Of a stretch of DNA of 64,000 nucleotides, positions 37,965 through 47,306 are shown one piece after another. Each line of letters starts with the position of its first letter. Positions within the stretch are counted from its first letter, which is position 1. The position numbers and the translations under genes were made by a program. Origin of the DNA: Myxococcota bacterium (GTDB lineage: Bacteria; Myxococcota_A; UBA796; SXON01); NCBI GenBank assembly GCA_040386535.1, contig JAZKFH010000002.1, positions 252,867-316,866 of the forward strand. Reading direction: 5' to 3'. Below the pieces are notes generated by a model. It ran no database searches and was not told the origin of the DNA. It worked only from the letters and a program-made list of their open reading frames with translations.

Positions 37965-40900
37965 ATGCCCGCGATGGTGATCGACATCGGGCAGCCCGCC
38001 CACGAGGACGAGCGGGCCGCGCTCGCCTTCCTCGCCAACGGCCTGCCGAACAGCGCGACGGTGTTCACGAACCCGTGGCTCATCGAGCCCTCCGGCGCCG
38101 TCTACGAGCTCGACGCGGTCGTGGTGATGCCGCACGCCATCTACGTCGTAGAGATCAAGGGCTGGCGGGGCCACCTCTCCGGCGAGCAACGCGACTGGTA
38201 CCTCCCCGAGACCCGGCGCAGCCCGCTGCTCCTCGGGCACAAGACCGCGCAGGTGCTCCGGACGCTGCTCGAGCGCCACAGTCACGACGCCGGGCGCGCC
38301 TGGGTGCAGGAGCTCGTGTTTCTCCCTGCCGCCGCGTCGTTCCACTCGTCCAACCTCGGGGTCCGCAAGCGCGTGGCCCTCCGAGGCGAGATCCACGCCG
38401 TGCTGAACGACGCAGGGCGCATCCGCGAGCTCTCCAACCGCAGCACCGGCCCCGCCGACACCAACGAGGTGCTCGACGCGGTCACGAAGCTCCTCCGCGG
38501 GGCGCCGCGCCAGCGCCCGCTCACCCAGGTGGCGGGCTTCACCATCATCGACCGCTTCGACGCGAACGATCGCTTCCGCGAGGTGCTGGGCGAGGACACC
38601 ACGCACACCCGGCGGCTCCTCCGCATCTACCGCATCCCTTGGGACGCGAACGAGGCCGAGCGCGAGGTGATGAAGAAGCGGGCAACGTGGGAAGCGGGCG
38701 TGCTCCGCAGCCTCGCGCGCGCCCCGCACGACGTGTGCCTTCCGCTGGTTGACCCCCCGGTGGAGACCGACGACGGGCTGGTCGTCCCGATGGAGCACTT
38801 CGACGGGCAGACGCTCGGCGCGTGGCTCGCCAGCAACGGGAAGGGGCTCGACCTGAAGGCGCGCGTGGCGCTCTGGCTGCGGATCGCGGGCGCCCTCGCG
38901 TGGACGCACCGCGCCGGCGTGGTGCATCGCCAGCTTCGGCCCGATCTCGTGCTCGTGAAGGGAGAGGCCGACCCGCGCGATCCCGCCACGCCGGCGTACC
39001 GGATTACCGGCTTTGACCTTGCCAAGCGCCATGGCAGCAAGACCACCATCGCCTGGTCAGACGCCGCGCTCGGCCGCCTCGAAGGCGCCGCCCCCGAGGT
39101 CGTCCAGGCCCTCTCCGACGCGATCCCTGCGTCCGACCAGTTCAGCCTCGGCCTCCTCCTCGCGCACCTCGTTCTGCGCCGCCCCCTCGTCGAGAGCACG
39201 GTCCCCATCATCGAGCGGCGGCACCGCATGCCGCACCTGCGCGACGTAGACGCCGACGTCCCGCAGCGCCTGGACGACGCGGTCGCCCGCATGCTCGAGC
39301 GCAAGCCCGCCGACCGCTTCTCCACCGTCGAAGAGGCGATGTCGCATGTGCGCGCCGCAGTCGACGCCGACGGCGCCGCCCCCGCCCGCGGCCTCGCCCC
39401 CGGCGCCCGCATCGGCCCCGACTACGTCGTCGAGGGCCGCCTCGGCGAGGGCGGCCTCTCCGACGTGTACCAGGTCAAGCATCAGCTCCTCGGCGAGCGG
39501 TTCGCGCTCAAGGTCGCGCGCCCCACCGAGGTCGCCGAGCGTGCCATCCGGTGCGAGTTCTTCGCGCTCCAGGGGATCTCCCACCCCTCCGTCGTCCGTG
39601 GGCACGACCTCACGAAGATGGTGGAAGACCGCATCACCCTCCGCCTCGACCTCGTCGCCGGCGTCACCCTCTCGGTCGCGGTCAAAGCGGCGAAGCTCCC
39701 GGCCGGCGACATCGCCGCCCGCCGCCGCCTCGGCGAGGACCTCCTGGGCGCGCTCGACGAGTTTGAGCGCATCGGGCTCGTCCACAACGATCTGAAGCCC
39801 GACAACCTCATGGTCACGCGCCAGGGGCGCCTGGTGCTCATCGACTTCAGCCTCGCGCGCAGCCCCGCCGTCGAGGCCAAGATGGGCCCCGTCCCCACGT
39901 TCGGCGGCACCTACGACTGGCGCGACCCGTCTGGCGAGCCCCCCGGGCATGTGACCGACCGCTACGCCGCGGCGATGTGCCTCTTCTACCTGCACGCCGC
40001 CCGTCACCCCTTTGACGCGCGTGTCCCCGAGCCCGGCGAGGCCCCGGAGTTCGACGCCATCGAGCTCGAACCCGAGGCCCTGGAGCGCTTCTTCAAGCAG
40101 GCGCTGAGCCCCCGCCCCGCGGATCGCTTCCGCACCGCGCGCGCCATGCGGGACGACTACCTCGCCGCCCTCGGCGCCCCGCGCCAACCCGACAGCGTGG
40201 ACGAGGGCGACCTCACCGCCGAGACCCGCCTCGTCGACGCCGGCCTCGCACCGCGCGCCGTCCGCGTCTTGCAGGCCGCCCAGGTCCGCACCGTGGGGGA
40301 CCTCCTCGCCCTCGGTGACGACCGCATCGGGCGCGTGCCAGGGCTCGGCGCGCGGCTCCTCGATCGCGTGGTGGCCCTGGTCGCGCGAGCAAAGCGTCAG
40401 GGCCTTCGCGCCGAGCGCCCCACCGAGGGGGACGCTCCGCCGTTCTTCCGGCCGTTGGAGCACGACCCGGCGCCGCTCGCCGAACTGCAGGTCGAGGTCG
40501 CTGTCCTCGACGCCCTCCGACAGGCCGGCCTTCGCACCGTGGGCGCCGTCGCGGGGACCACCCGCGCCACGCTCCTGAACATCCCCCGCATCGGGCAGGT
40601 CGCGCTCACGCGCCTTGGACAGGCCCTGGTCAAGCGCCACGAGCACGCGGACACCTCGCCCGCGGACACCCTCGACGGCCTTTGGGAGCGCGCCACGCTC
40701 CCCCTCGACGCCTTCGAGCGCGACGTATTGGAGCGCGTGTTCGGCGTGCGCGGCCCCGCCGAGCCACAGGCGACGGTCGCGGCGCTGCTCGGCTCCGACC
40801 AGCCGACGATCAGCTCCCTCAAGATCGCGGCGCTCGAGAAGCTCGACAAGGAGGTCCTGGCCCCGGTCCTCGGCGCGCTTGACGGCTACCTCGACCAGTC

Positions 40901-42038
40901 CGGCGGCGCCCTCGACCTCTCCGTCACCTGCGAGCGCCTTGCCCGCGACTTCCCGACCGCCAACGTCGGCCCGATGGGCCTCGTCCGCCTCGCCGCCGCC
41001 CTCGACACCCAGGCCTTCGTCGCCCACGAGGACCTCACCGAGCCCGGCGTCGCCGTCCTCACCCGCCCCTGGCTCGGGCGCGACCTGCTCCTCACCTTCG
41101 CCGAGGCCGCCTCCCGCGTGGTCGCCGGCTGGCCTCCCGAGCCCCCGAGCGCCGTGCGGCAAACCTTGAGGATGATCCTGCCCGACTTCGAGGGCGACCT
41201 CATCCGGCTCGCTCAGTGGCTCCTCCCTGCCGTCCGCACCACGGCCGGCGGCTCGCCCTTCGAGCCCCCGATTGACCTCTCGCGCGCCCTGCTCTACGTG
41301 CTCGACGCCGTGCGCGACGAGGTCACCTACGACGCCCTCGCCACCGAGCTCGATCGCGTGTTCGGGGGCGCCGGCCCGGCGCTGCCGCCCCTCCACGAGC
41401 TCCCCGCGCTCCTCGACGGCACGCCCTGGAAGATCGACGGTATCAGCGTGGTACGCCGCGGGGCCGCGAGCGCGGAAGCGACACCTTCCCGCGGGGATGA
41501 TCCGCGCGAGTTCCTCAACGTCGACGCCACGGTGGACCCTCGGGATCAGGTCCGCGACATCCTGCGTGAAGCGGGGCGCCGTGGCAGCAGCTTCCGCCTG
41601 GTGGTGGCCCCCGCGGAGCACCATCGCGTCGTCGCGCGCAGCCTCATCGATCAGCTCGGCGCCACCTCCTTGGACCTTGCCCACGAGTGGTTCTCCCGAC
41701 ACGAGGGCACGCTCGGGACGGACGCCCGGGCCGGGCGATTCCCAGCGCTCCGCGTCGCAACCGGCAAACGGCTCGACCAGCTCCTCTCAGATCTCGTCCG
41801 CACCCACGGAGCGCCCGGCCGCACTGTGGTCCTCCACGAGACCGGCATCCTCGACACGCTGGGCGGCCTGGAGCAGATCCGCCTCATGTACGACCGCGTG
41901 CAGGGCCAGGGCGTTGGCTTCTGGATCGTCGTCATCCCCGGCGTGATCCTCGAGCGCCGCCCGCTCTTCAACGACCGCACCGCCGTCTGGCATCAGCCCG
42001 GCCTTGTGTTGCCCCTGACGGAGCCGCTGCGCCCCTGA
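37965..42038 (+). CDS. pglW: BREX type 2 (Pgl) Ser/Thr kinase PglW
   Basis: NERD domain (ELDAVVV..YVVEIKGW), a degenerate kinase (HRQLRP, GFDLA) and an intact kinase (GEGGLSDVY, ALKV, HNDLKPDN, IDFSLA). Then two RNAP-alpha-CTD-like HhH units and an HTH. Upstream of pglXYZ. Confidence 0.9.
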   Translation: MPAMVIDIGQPAHEDERAALAFLANGLPNSATVFTNPWLIEPSGAVYELDAVVVMPHAIYVVEIKGWRGHLSGEQRDWYLPETRRSPLLLGHKTAQVLRTLLERHSHDAGRAWVQELVFLPAAASFHSSNLGVRKRVALRGEIHAVLNDAGRIRELSNRSTGPADTNEVLDAVTKLLRGAPRQRPLTQVAGFTIIDRFDANDRFREVLGEDTTHTRRLLRIYRIPWDANEAEREVMKKRATWEAGVLRSLARAPHDVCLPLVDPPVETDDGLVVPMEHFDGQTLGAWLASNGKGLDLKARVALWLRIAGALAWTHRAGVVHRQLRPDLVLVKGEADPRDPATPAYRITGFDLAKRHGSKTTIAWSDAALGRLEGAAPEVVQALSDAIPASDQFSLGLLLAHLVLRRPLVESTVPIIERRHRMPHLRDVDADVPQRLDDAVARMLERKPADRFSTVEEAMSHVRAAVDADGAAPARGLAPGARIGPDYVVEGRLGEGGLSDVYQVKHQLLGERFALKVARPTEVAERAIRCEFFALQGISHPSVVRGHDLTKMVEDRITLRLDLVAGVTLSVAVKAAKLPAGDIAARRRLGEDLLGALDEFERIGLVHNDLKPDNLMVTRQGRLVLIDFSLARSPAVEAKMGPVPTFGGTYDWRDPSGEPPGHVTDRYAAAMCLFYLHAARHPFDARVPEPGEAPEFDAIELEPEALERFFKQALSPRPADRFRTARAMRDDYLAALGAPRQPDSVDEGDLTAETRLVDAGLAPRAVRVLQAAQVRTVGDLLALGDDRIGRVPGLGARLLDRVVALVARAKRQGLRAERPTEGDAPPFFRPLEHDPAPLAELQVEVAVLDALRQAGLRTVGAVAGTTRATLLNIPRIGQVALTRLGQALVKRHEHADTSPADTLDGLWERATLPLDAFERDVLERVFGVRGPAEPQATVAALLGSDQPTISSLKIAALEKLDKEVLAPVLGALDGYLDQSGGALDLSVTCERLARDFPTANVGPMGLVRLAAALDTQAFVAHEDLTEPGVAVLTRPWLGRDLLLTFAEAASRVVAGWPPEPPSAVRQTLRMILPDFEGDLIRLAQWLLPAVRTTAGGSPFEPPIDLSRALLYVLDAVRDEVTYDALATELDRVFGGAGPALPPLHELPALLDGTPWKIDGISVVRRGAASAEATPSRGDDPREFLNVDATVDPRDQVRDILREAGRRGSSFRLVVAPAEHHRVVARSLIDQLGATSLDLAHEWFSRHEGTLGTDARAGRFPALRVATGKRLDQLLSDLVRTHGAPGRTVVLHETGILDTLGGLEQIRLMYDRVQGQGVGFWIVVIPGVILERRPLFNDRTAVWHQPGLVLPLTEPLRP

Positions 42039-42152
42039 GGATGCGGGGTTCCCCCTCGGTGACGGAGCGCGAACAGCGCGGGACATCGTGAATCGTCCAT
42101 GCCCGCTCGGCCCCGCCTTGCGACCGCACGCGGCAGCGTTAGAGTCAACCGA

Positions 42153-43814
42153 ATGGATGTAAGCGCGCTCGAATGGGAGAACTTGTTTGCCCAATGGGGC
42201 GCGGCGCTCGTCGGCACCGCGGCGGCCACGGACAACGAGGGCGCCGTAGAGGACTTCGCAGCAGACCTGCTTCGGCTTCTGGGCTGGGACAAGGCCAATC
42301 GTGCGTGGAAAGAGAAACTGGAACTTCGGGTTGGCTCGAAGTACCACGACCTCTACCCAGACCTCGTGCTCGCCGCGTCAAAGGCTGACACGAAGAAGCC
42401 AGGAAGCGTCTACGCCGTAATCGAGCTCAAGCGCCGTGGTCTCGCCGACGAGGACGCTCGAGCGCAGGCGCAAAGCTACGCCGACCCTCTCCACGCCCCT
42501 GTCTACGCGGTCATCGACGGCGAGCGCATCCGGGTCTGGCATCGGCGTCTTGTGGAGGCCGACAAGCGGGAGCTGGATCTTCCTCGAGCTGAATTCCACA
42601 CACGGTTCGACGAGGTCCGCGCGTTGCTCGGGCGCGAGCAACTGACCAAGCTGCACGAGGACTTGAGGACACGGGACGAGGTAGACGAGGCCCGGAAGCG
42701 GGTTGCAAACATCGACCACAGCGTCGAACTCCTGCGCCTCGAGCTCCGCGATGGAAAGGTCTGGTGCGACCACCCCCCAGCCGCGTTCCTCGCCGCGCAG
42801 CGGTGGTGGGGCAGCCCGGTGAGTCGCGATCGGGCCGTGGCCCCCGTGCGCCTTGAGATCATCGGCAAGCACGACGACTGGATGCTCGGCGCCCCCGGCC
42901 TCGTCGAGGCGCTCGCCCGGCTTAAGATGCATGCCCCTACAACACAGCTCGCGGTCGAAGAGCCAGCACTTTGGCAGGCGAATCTCGACGAGATCTCGCT
43001 GAATCTGGAACGTCATCATGCAACAGAGGTGCGGGCCGAAGCGGCTTCCCGCCAGGCGCCTGCGGTCGCGCAGGAGGATCTTGGCGACCCCGTCGTGTTG
43101 GCCTCCGCACTTGCCGCCGCGTTGGACACCTGGGTCGTTCAGGCGGTCAAGATCGCGACCGCAGAGGCGTTGCGGACGGGCCCGTGGAGCGCGGTCGCTG
43201 CCAAGCTCGACACCCCGCCGGTGGAAGCGGCATGGCTTCGATCGACGCTCCGCGCATCGCGATCGGACGCCGTTCACGCGAAGCAGCGCCTCGGGCGGAG
43301 GACAGTCACCTACCTCGTCGACGCATTGCTCTTCTCGAAGGCGGTCTCGCTGGTGCTCGAGACGCTGGACGCCTGCGCCCAGCCCGACTTTCCCCACAAC
43401 CTCGACGGCCCCGGTACCGTCGCGCGAGAGGGAATCGGCTTCACCTACGCGCTCGCGGAGGTCGATGGCTTGAAGGCAGAGGCCTACCTGCTCCTGCTGT
43501 CCGGATCGAGCCGTACCCATCTCCCCGACCCGCGCCGTATCGGCGATCCCCCGCGTGAGCTGAACGAACCTCTGCGGAAGGTCTGGCGCATCGGCGACCA
43601 GAAGGGCCAGCATCGAATCCTGTGTAGCCTAAGCGACGATGCCCGGGGGAGCCTGGCAGCGGGCTGGGAAACGTTTCAGCAGCACCTCGTGCGAGAGATC
43701 CGAGCGCAGAACGCGCTCATCGACCCGGAAGGAGCCACATGCCCGACGCCGCCCTCGCAGCCCTCAGCGCCGCCATCCGCAGAACCTGGAGCGGCGGCAC
43801 CCGCACCGTCGTAG
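42153..43814 (+). CDS. Putative effector: HsdR-N-like PD-(D/E)xK nuclease plus unknown C-terminal domain
   Basis: NEGAVE..LLRLLGW, YPDLVL, VIELKR, QAQSYA (QxxxY) and YAVIDGERIRVW. No helicase motifs follow. Confidence 0.75.
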   Translation: MDVSALEWENLFAQWGAALVGTAAATDNEGAVEDFAADLLRLLGWDKANRAWKEKLELRVGSKYHDLYPDLVLAASKADTKKPGSVYAVIELKRRGLADEDARAQAQSYADPLHAPVYAVIDGERIRVWHRRLVEADKRELDLPRAEFHTRFDEVRALLGREQLTKLHEDLRTRDEVDEARKRVANIDHSVELLRLELRDGKVWCDHPPAAFLAAQRWWGSPVSRDRAVAPVRLEIIGKHDDWMLGAPGLVEALARLKMHAPTTQLAVEEPALWQANLDEISLNLERHHATEVRAEAASRQAPAVAQEDLGDPVVLASALAAALDTWVVQAVKIATAEALRTGPWSAVAAKLDTPPVEAAWLRSTLRASRSDAVHAKQRLGRRTVTYLVDALLFSKAVSLVLETLDACAQPDFPHNLDGPGTVAREGIGFTYALAEVDGLKAEAYLLLLSGSSRTHLPDPRRIGDPPRELNEPLRKVWRIGDQKGQHRILCSLSDDARGSLAAGWETFQQHLVREIRAQNALIDPEGATCPTPPSQPSAPPSAEPGAAAPAPS

Positions 43815-44404
43815 TTCAGCCCTTGGTCGAGCTTCCCGGATTGGATGTCGAGCGCCCCCCTGCGCTGCGGGAGGTGCTGAAGCTCAGCGACAACGAACAG
43901 GTGCGCGTAGTCATCGGGCTCGTGGCCCTAGGCGACGCGAAAGTCGACGATGCCGGGTTCACGGCCGCCCGCGACAACCTACGTCGAATCGCACACTACC
44001 TCACGATGAAGTTGAACCCGCCGTCGCTGGCCGACGACGCGCAGCTCTGGGCAGTCGCGCCCGCCGGCACCGAGGGCATCGAGGCGTGGACGCGTCTTCG
44101 CGCGGAGATCCATCAGGACGCATGGTCCCTCCCCAAGTCGGTCTGGCTTCCGGGGTCCGTGCCGGATCCGGCGTCCTTTCTCCGTGAGGGCCCGCTCGCG
44201 AGGCCATGGGATGAGTCAGGTACGGCCTCGGACGGACAACTTGATCTGCATGCGCGTTTCGCCCGGAAGCTCGGCGGCAGGCAGGCGCAGTGGGAGCCCG
44301 AGCGCGTGCAGGCCCTACTCTCGGCACTCATCGGGACTGAAGGCGCCGCCGCCGATCCGGAATCTATAGCCACAAAGCTGTTTGAGCTCGCGGAGAAGCC
44401 ATGA
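43739..44404 (+). CDS. Small middle component of a three-gene ABC-ATPase module (LmuC/ABC-3C MC-like by position)
   Basis: GAAGGAG RBS before ATG 43739, 221 aa. Overlaps the upstream ORF tail and has an ATGA overlap with the ATPase. Confidence 0.65.
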   Translation: MPDAALAALSAAIRRTWSGGTRTVVVQPLVELPGLDVERPPALREVLKLSDNEQVRVVIGLVALGDAKVDDAGFTAARDNLRRIAHYLTMKLNPPSLADDAQLWAVAPAGTEGIEAWTRLRAEIHQDAWSLPKSVWLPGSVPDPASFLREGPLARPWDESGTASDGQLDLHARFARKLGGRQAQWEPERVQALLSALIGTEGAAADPESIATKLFELAEKP

Positions 44405-47112
44405 ACAAGCAACCCCTACGTCTCGAGCGCGTCGAGATTGCCGGGATTCGGAACATCAACTGGGCTCCCGATGGCGGACCGGGATTGGCCTTCGATCTGG
44501 GGGCGGTCACCATCATCTCGGCGCCGAACGGCGTCGCCAAGTCCAGCTTCATCGAGGCGCTCACGCTCGGGCTGACCGGCGCCGGGCGCCGCAGGGGTGC
44601 CCCCCTCACCGAGGCCGCCTACGTTCATTCGCCACGGCCGAAACCGGCGTTGCGCGCACGCGTCACGCTCAGCTTCGGAGCGGACGCACAGCTCGTGTGG
44701 GAAGAAGGGCAGGACACTAGGCTCACCCAGCAGGCGACTTCAGCGCTGCTGACGACGAGGACGGACAGCCCCGAGGCAGTGGCCAACCTGCTCCGCCTCA
44801 CCCACCTGCTCCCGCAGGGCTGGGGGGAGCGCTTCACGGACCACGAAGGCAGCGCGCGCTGGACCCTCGTCGAGCGCGCCCTCGATCTGAATGGAATGCG
44901 GGAGGCGGTTCGGGCAGCTCAGGGAAAGGGGCCGATCGGGGTGGCGCTCTCGCGCCGGGTGCAGGACGCTACCCGCGTGTATGAAGAAGCAAGAGCCGCG
45001 CGGGAGCGCTGGGATGCGCGGGTGAAGGACTGGACCGAGGCGCGCGAGATCGGGCTTGATGAGGGCGCGCTCCCGCCAGCGGAGGCCGCGGCGCGCCTTG
45101 CCGAGGTCTGCGAGGTCTTAGGCGTCTCCTCGCCGTTCACGGTGGAACGCGCACGCACCGCCATCGAGGAGCGGCGCCTCACGTTCTCCAACAAGCTGGC
45201 GTCCGCCACGCGGCTACATGCAAAAATCCAGTCTTCCGAAGAGGAAGTTGCTGTCTGCGACGCCCAGTTCCAAACCGCGGCCACCACCAAGATGGAAGCC
45301 GCTCTAAACCTCGGCGTGGCCCGAGGGTCCTTCCTTCGCGCCATGGGCGCCGCGGCGCAGGCCGCCCTCCCAGAACTCCGTAGCGCTCTACTACAGGCGG
45401 AAAGGGCCGATCGCGGCTGGCAGCTGCGCGCTCGGGCCGACACGCTCGAGCGGCTCGAGCGCGCCGCGCGCGAAGCCGAGGCAAAGCTCGTGGAGTTCCA
45501 AGAACCTGACACGCTCGATGCTGTGGAGGCGAGTGCCGCGGCGGATCTGGCCAAACTACAGGGAGATGCGGAGCAGGCGCGGTCCCGACTGGCGGAGCGG
45601 GAGCGGGCCCATGGGGAGCTGGCCCGTATTCTCCGCGAGCTTCGCCCGCACATCGAGCAAGACACCCACGATCCTCGAAGCTGCCCCGTCTGCGAAAAGC
45701 CCTCGGAGACGCTGCTTGACGACCTGGACGTGAAGCTGCGCGCCCTGGGAGACGATGCCACTGACGACGCGCGAGAGCGCCACACCGCGGCGGCGGAGGC
45801 GGTGCGTCTCGCCACGGAGCACCTCAAGGCCGCCCGGCTTCGAAGCCAAACCGCCGCGTCGACCCGCTCGGAGGCCACGCGAGCCCGGTCGACGTTGACG
45901 GCTGAACTCGCGCGTTCGCTGGCCGCGTTCCCCGAGTACGTCCTCACGCCCGACGCAGGACAGCGCGCCGCAGCGATGCGCTCGGACGCGGCCCTGTCCG
46001 GCGCAGAAGGCATCACCGCCGAAGAAGCGCGCGCGACGCGTGTGGAGGCGTCGCGGAAGGTCGTCGAGGCGGAGGAGGCCGTGCGCGCAGCGGAGCCCGC
46101 GGTGGCGGAGGGCGCCGACACGCCGACGGTCGAGGTCGCGCGGCACCGCTTGGAGCTCGCAGAGCGCGCCCTGACCGAGGCCGATGACGCAATCGCCGCA
46201 GCCGGGCAGCGGCTCGGACACGCGCGAGGAAGCCTCGACGCGCTACTTGTCGAGCTCTCGCGCCTCGCGCTGCCCGAACTGGCGGGAACGCGCGTAGCTG
46301 GGCTGCCGGCAACTATCGAAGCGCTCGGCACCGCCCATGCGTCGAGACTGGACGAACTTACGACGCGCGTCGATGCCACCAAGCGAGGCGTCGACGCCTA
46401 CGCCGGACTTAGCGCGGTTCGTAGAGCCGAGGTCGCGCTGAGGGCGGAGGCAGAATCGGCCGGAGTCGAAGCGCCCGAAGTCATTGGGGAGAGCTGGGTC
46501 CAGACGACGGCTGAGGGGCTTCTAGAGCGCGAGTTCACCGCGCAGCGAGAGGCCGCCACAGGCATGAAGCGCACCGAGACGGTGACGAAGTGGGTCAGCA
46601 CCCTCTCCAAGGAGCTCCAGAGCTTCGAGGACGAGTGCCTCAAGGAGATGGACCCGACCGTCACCGCCTTCCTCGAGGCGCTCGCGCCGACGATGCGATG
46701 GCGCCTCAGCCTCGCCAAGAACCGAAACGCTGCGCTCACCCGGCTCGCGGGCGAGGGCGCGCCTGATGTGTCTCCCGCGGATCTCCTGTCCGAGGGCGAG
46801 CACACCGCCGTCGCGCTGGCGTACCTCCTCGCCTTCCACACGCGGCAGCGCTGGTCCCGCTGGCCTGCGCTCGTCCTCGATGACCCCTTCCAGGCCGCCG
46901 ACGTCGTGCGCGTGGGCGCGCTGCTCGACGTGCTACGCAACCTGTGCGTCGAGCAAGGAACGCAGCTCATCCTCACTACGCACGAGCCCCAGCTCGCCGA
47001 GTGGACTGCCCGCAAGATGCGGAACGCGGGGATTGACACCCGACACTACGAGCTGGAGCGCACGGCCGCTGGGGTGGCGGCTCGCCTCTCGGGTGGAGGC
47101 GCTGCGGACTGA
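44401..47112 (+). CDS. Rad50/SbcC-like coiled-coil ABC ATPase with zinc hook (LmuB-like)
   Basis: ERVEIAGIRN, Walker A APNGVAKS, Q-loop LLPQG, coiled coils, central CPVC (45682-45693), signature LSEGE, Walker B LVLDDP and H-loop LTTHE. Confidence 0.88.
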   Translation: MNKQPLRLERVEIAGIRNINWAPDGGPGLAFDLGAVTIISAPNGVAKSSFIEALTLGLTGAGRRRGAPLTEAAYVHSPRPKPALRARVTLSFGADAQLVWEEGQDTRLTQQATSALLTTRTDSPEAVANLLRLTHLLPQGWGERFTDHEGSARWTLVERALDLNGMREAVRAAQGKGPIGVALSRRVQDATRVYEEARAARERWDARVKDWTEAREIGLDEGALPPAEAAARLAEVCEVLGVSSPFTVERARTAIEERRLTFSNKLASATRLHAKIQSSEEEVAVCDAQFQTAATTKMEAALNLGVARGSFLRAMGAAAQAALPELRSALLQAERADRGWQLRARADTLERLERAAREAEAKLVEFQEPDTLDAVEASAAADLAKLQGDAEQARSRLAERERAHGELARILRELRPHIEQDTHDPRSCPVCEKPSETLLDDLDVKLRALGDDATDDARERHTAAAEAVRLATEHLKAARLRSQTAASTRSEATRARSTLTAELARSLAAFPEYVLTPDAGQRAAAMRSDAALSGAEGITAEEARATRVEASRKVVEAEEAVRAAEPAVAEGADTPTVEVARHRLELAERALTEADDAIAAAGQRLGHARGSLDALLVELSRLALPELAGTRVAGLPATIEALGTAHASRLDELTTRVDATKRGVDAYAGLSAVRRAEVALRAEAESAGVEAPEVIGESWVQTTAEGLLEREFTAQREAATGMKRTETVTKWVSTLSKELQSFEDECLKEMDPTVTAFLEALAPTMRWRLSLAKNRNAALTRLAGEGAPDVSPADLLSEGEHTAVALAYLLAFHTRQRWSRWPALVLDDPFQAADVVRVGALLDVLRNLCVEQGTQLILTTHEPQLAEWTARKMRNAGIDTRHYELERTAAGVAARLSGGGAAD

Positions 47113-47271
47113 CCTCGCGCGCGCCTGCGGCCGAGGGCTGCGTGCCCGTGCGGATGCGGGGCGGACTCCTTTGGTGTTCGGGGCCCCCAGACAGTCCGGA
47201 CGCAGGGACGCCCCGCTTCCGCCGCGCAAGAGCCAGCGCCCGCATTTTCCGCGGTGCCCGCCGCGCTCCTG

Positions 47272-47277
47272 TACAAT
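47272..47277 (+). promoter_or_regulatory. Possible -10 element (TACAAT) for pglX
   Basis: Near-consensus hexamer in GC-rich intergenic DNA about 30 bp upstream of ATG 47307. No clear -35. Confidence 0.35.
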
Positions 47278-47306
47278 CCCGACCCCCCCGATCGGAGCCC
47301 CCCCGC

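Noticed and set aside
33087..42023. 13-bp match GCCCCTGACGGAG at 33087 and 42011 as att sites
   Set aside because: The second copy is inside pglW coding sequence, and matches of this length are expected by chance in 64 kb of GC-rich DNA.
42153..43814. Type I restriction-modification HsdR
   Set aside because: Only the N-terminal nuclease motifs are present; there is no DEAD-box motor and no hsdM/hsdS.
44401..47112. Housekeeping SbcC/RecN/SMC or Wadjet JetC
   Set aside because: There is no SbcD/Mre11 partner, no kleisin/KITE/JetD set and no hinge; the protein has a zinc hook and lies within a defence operon.
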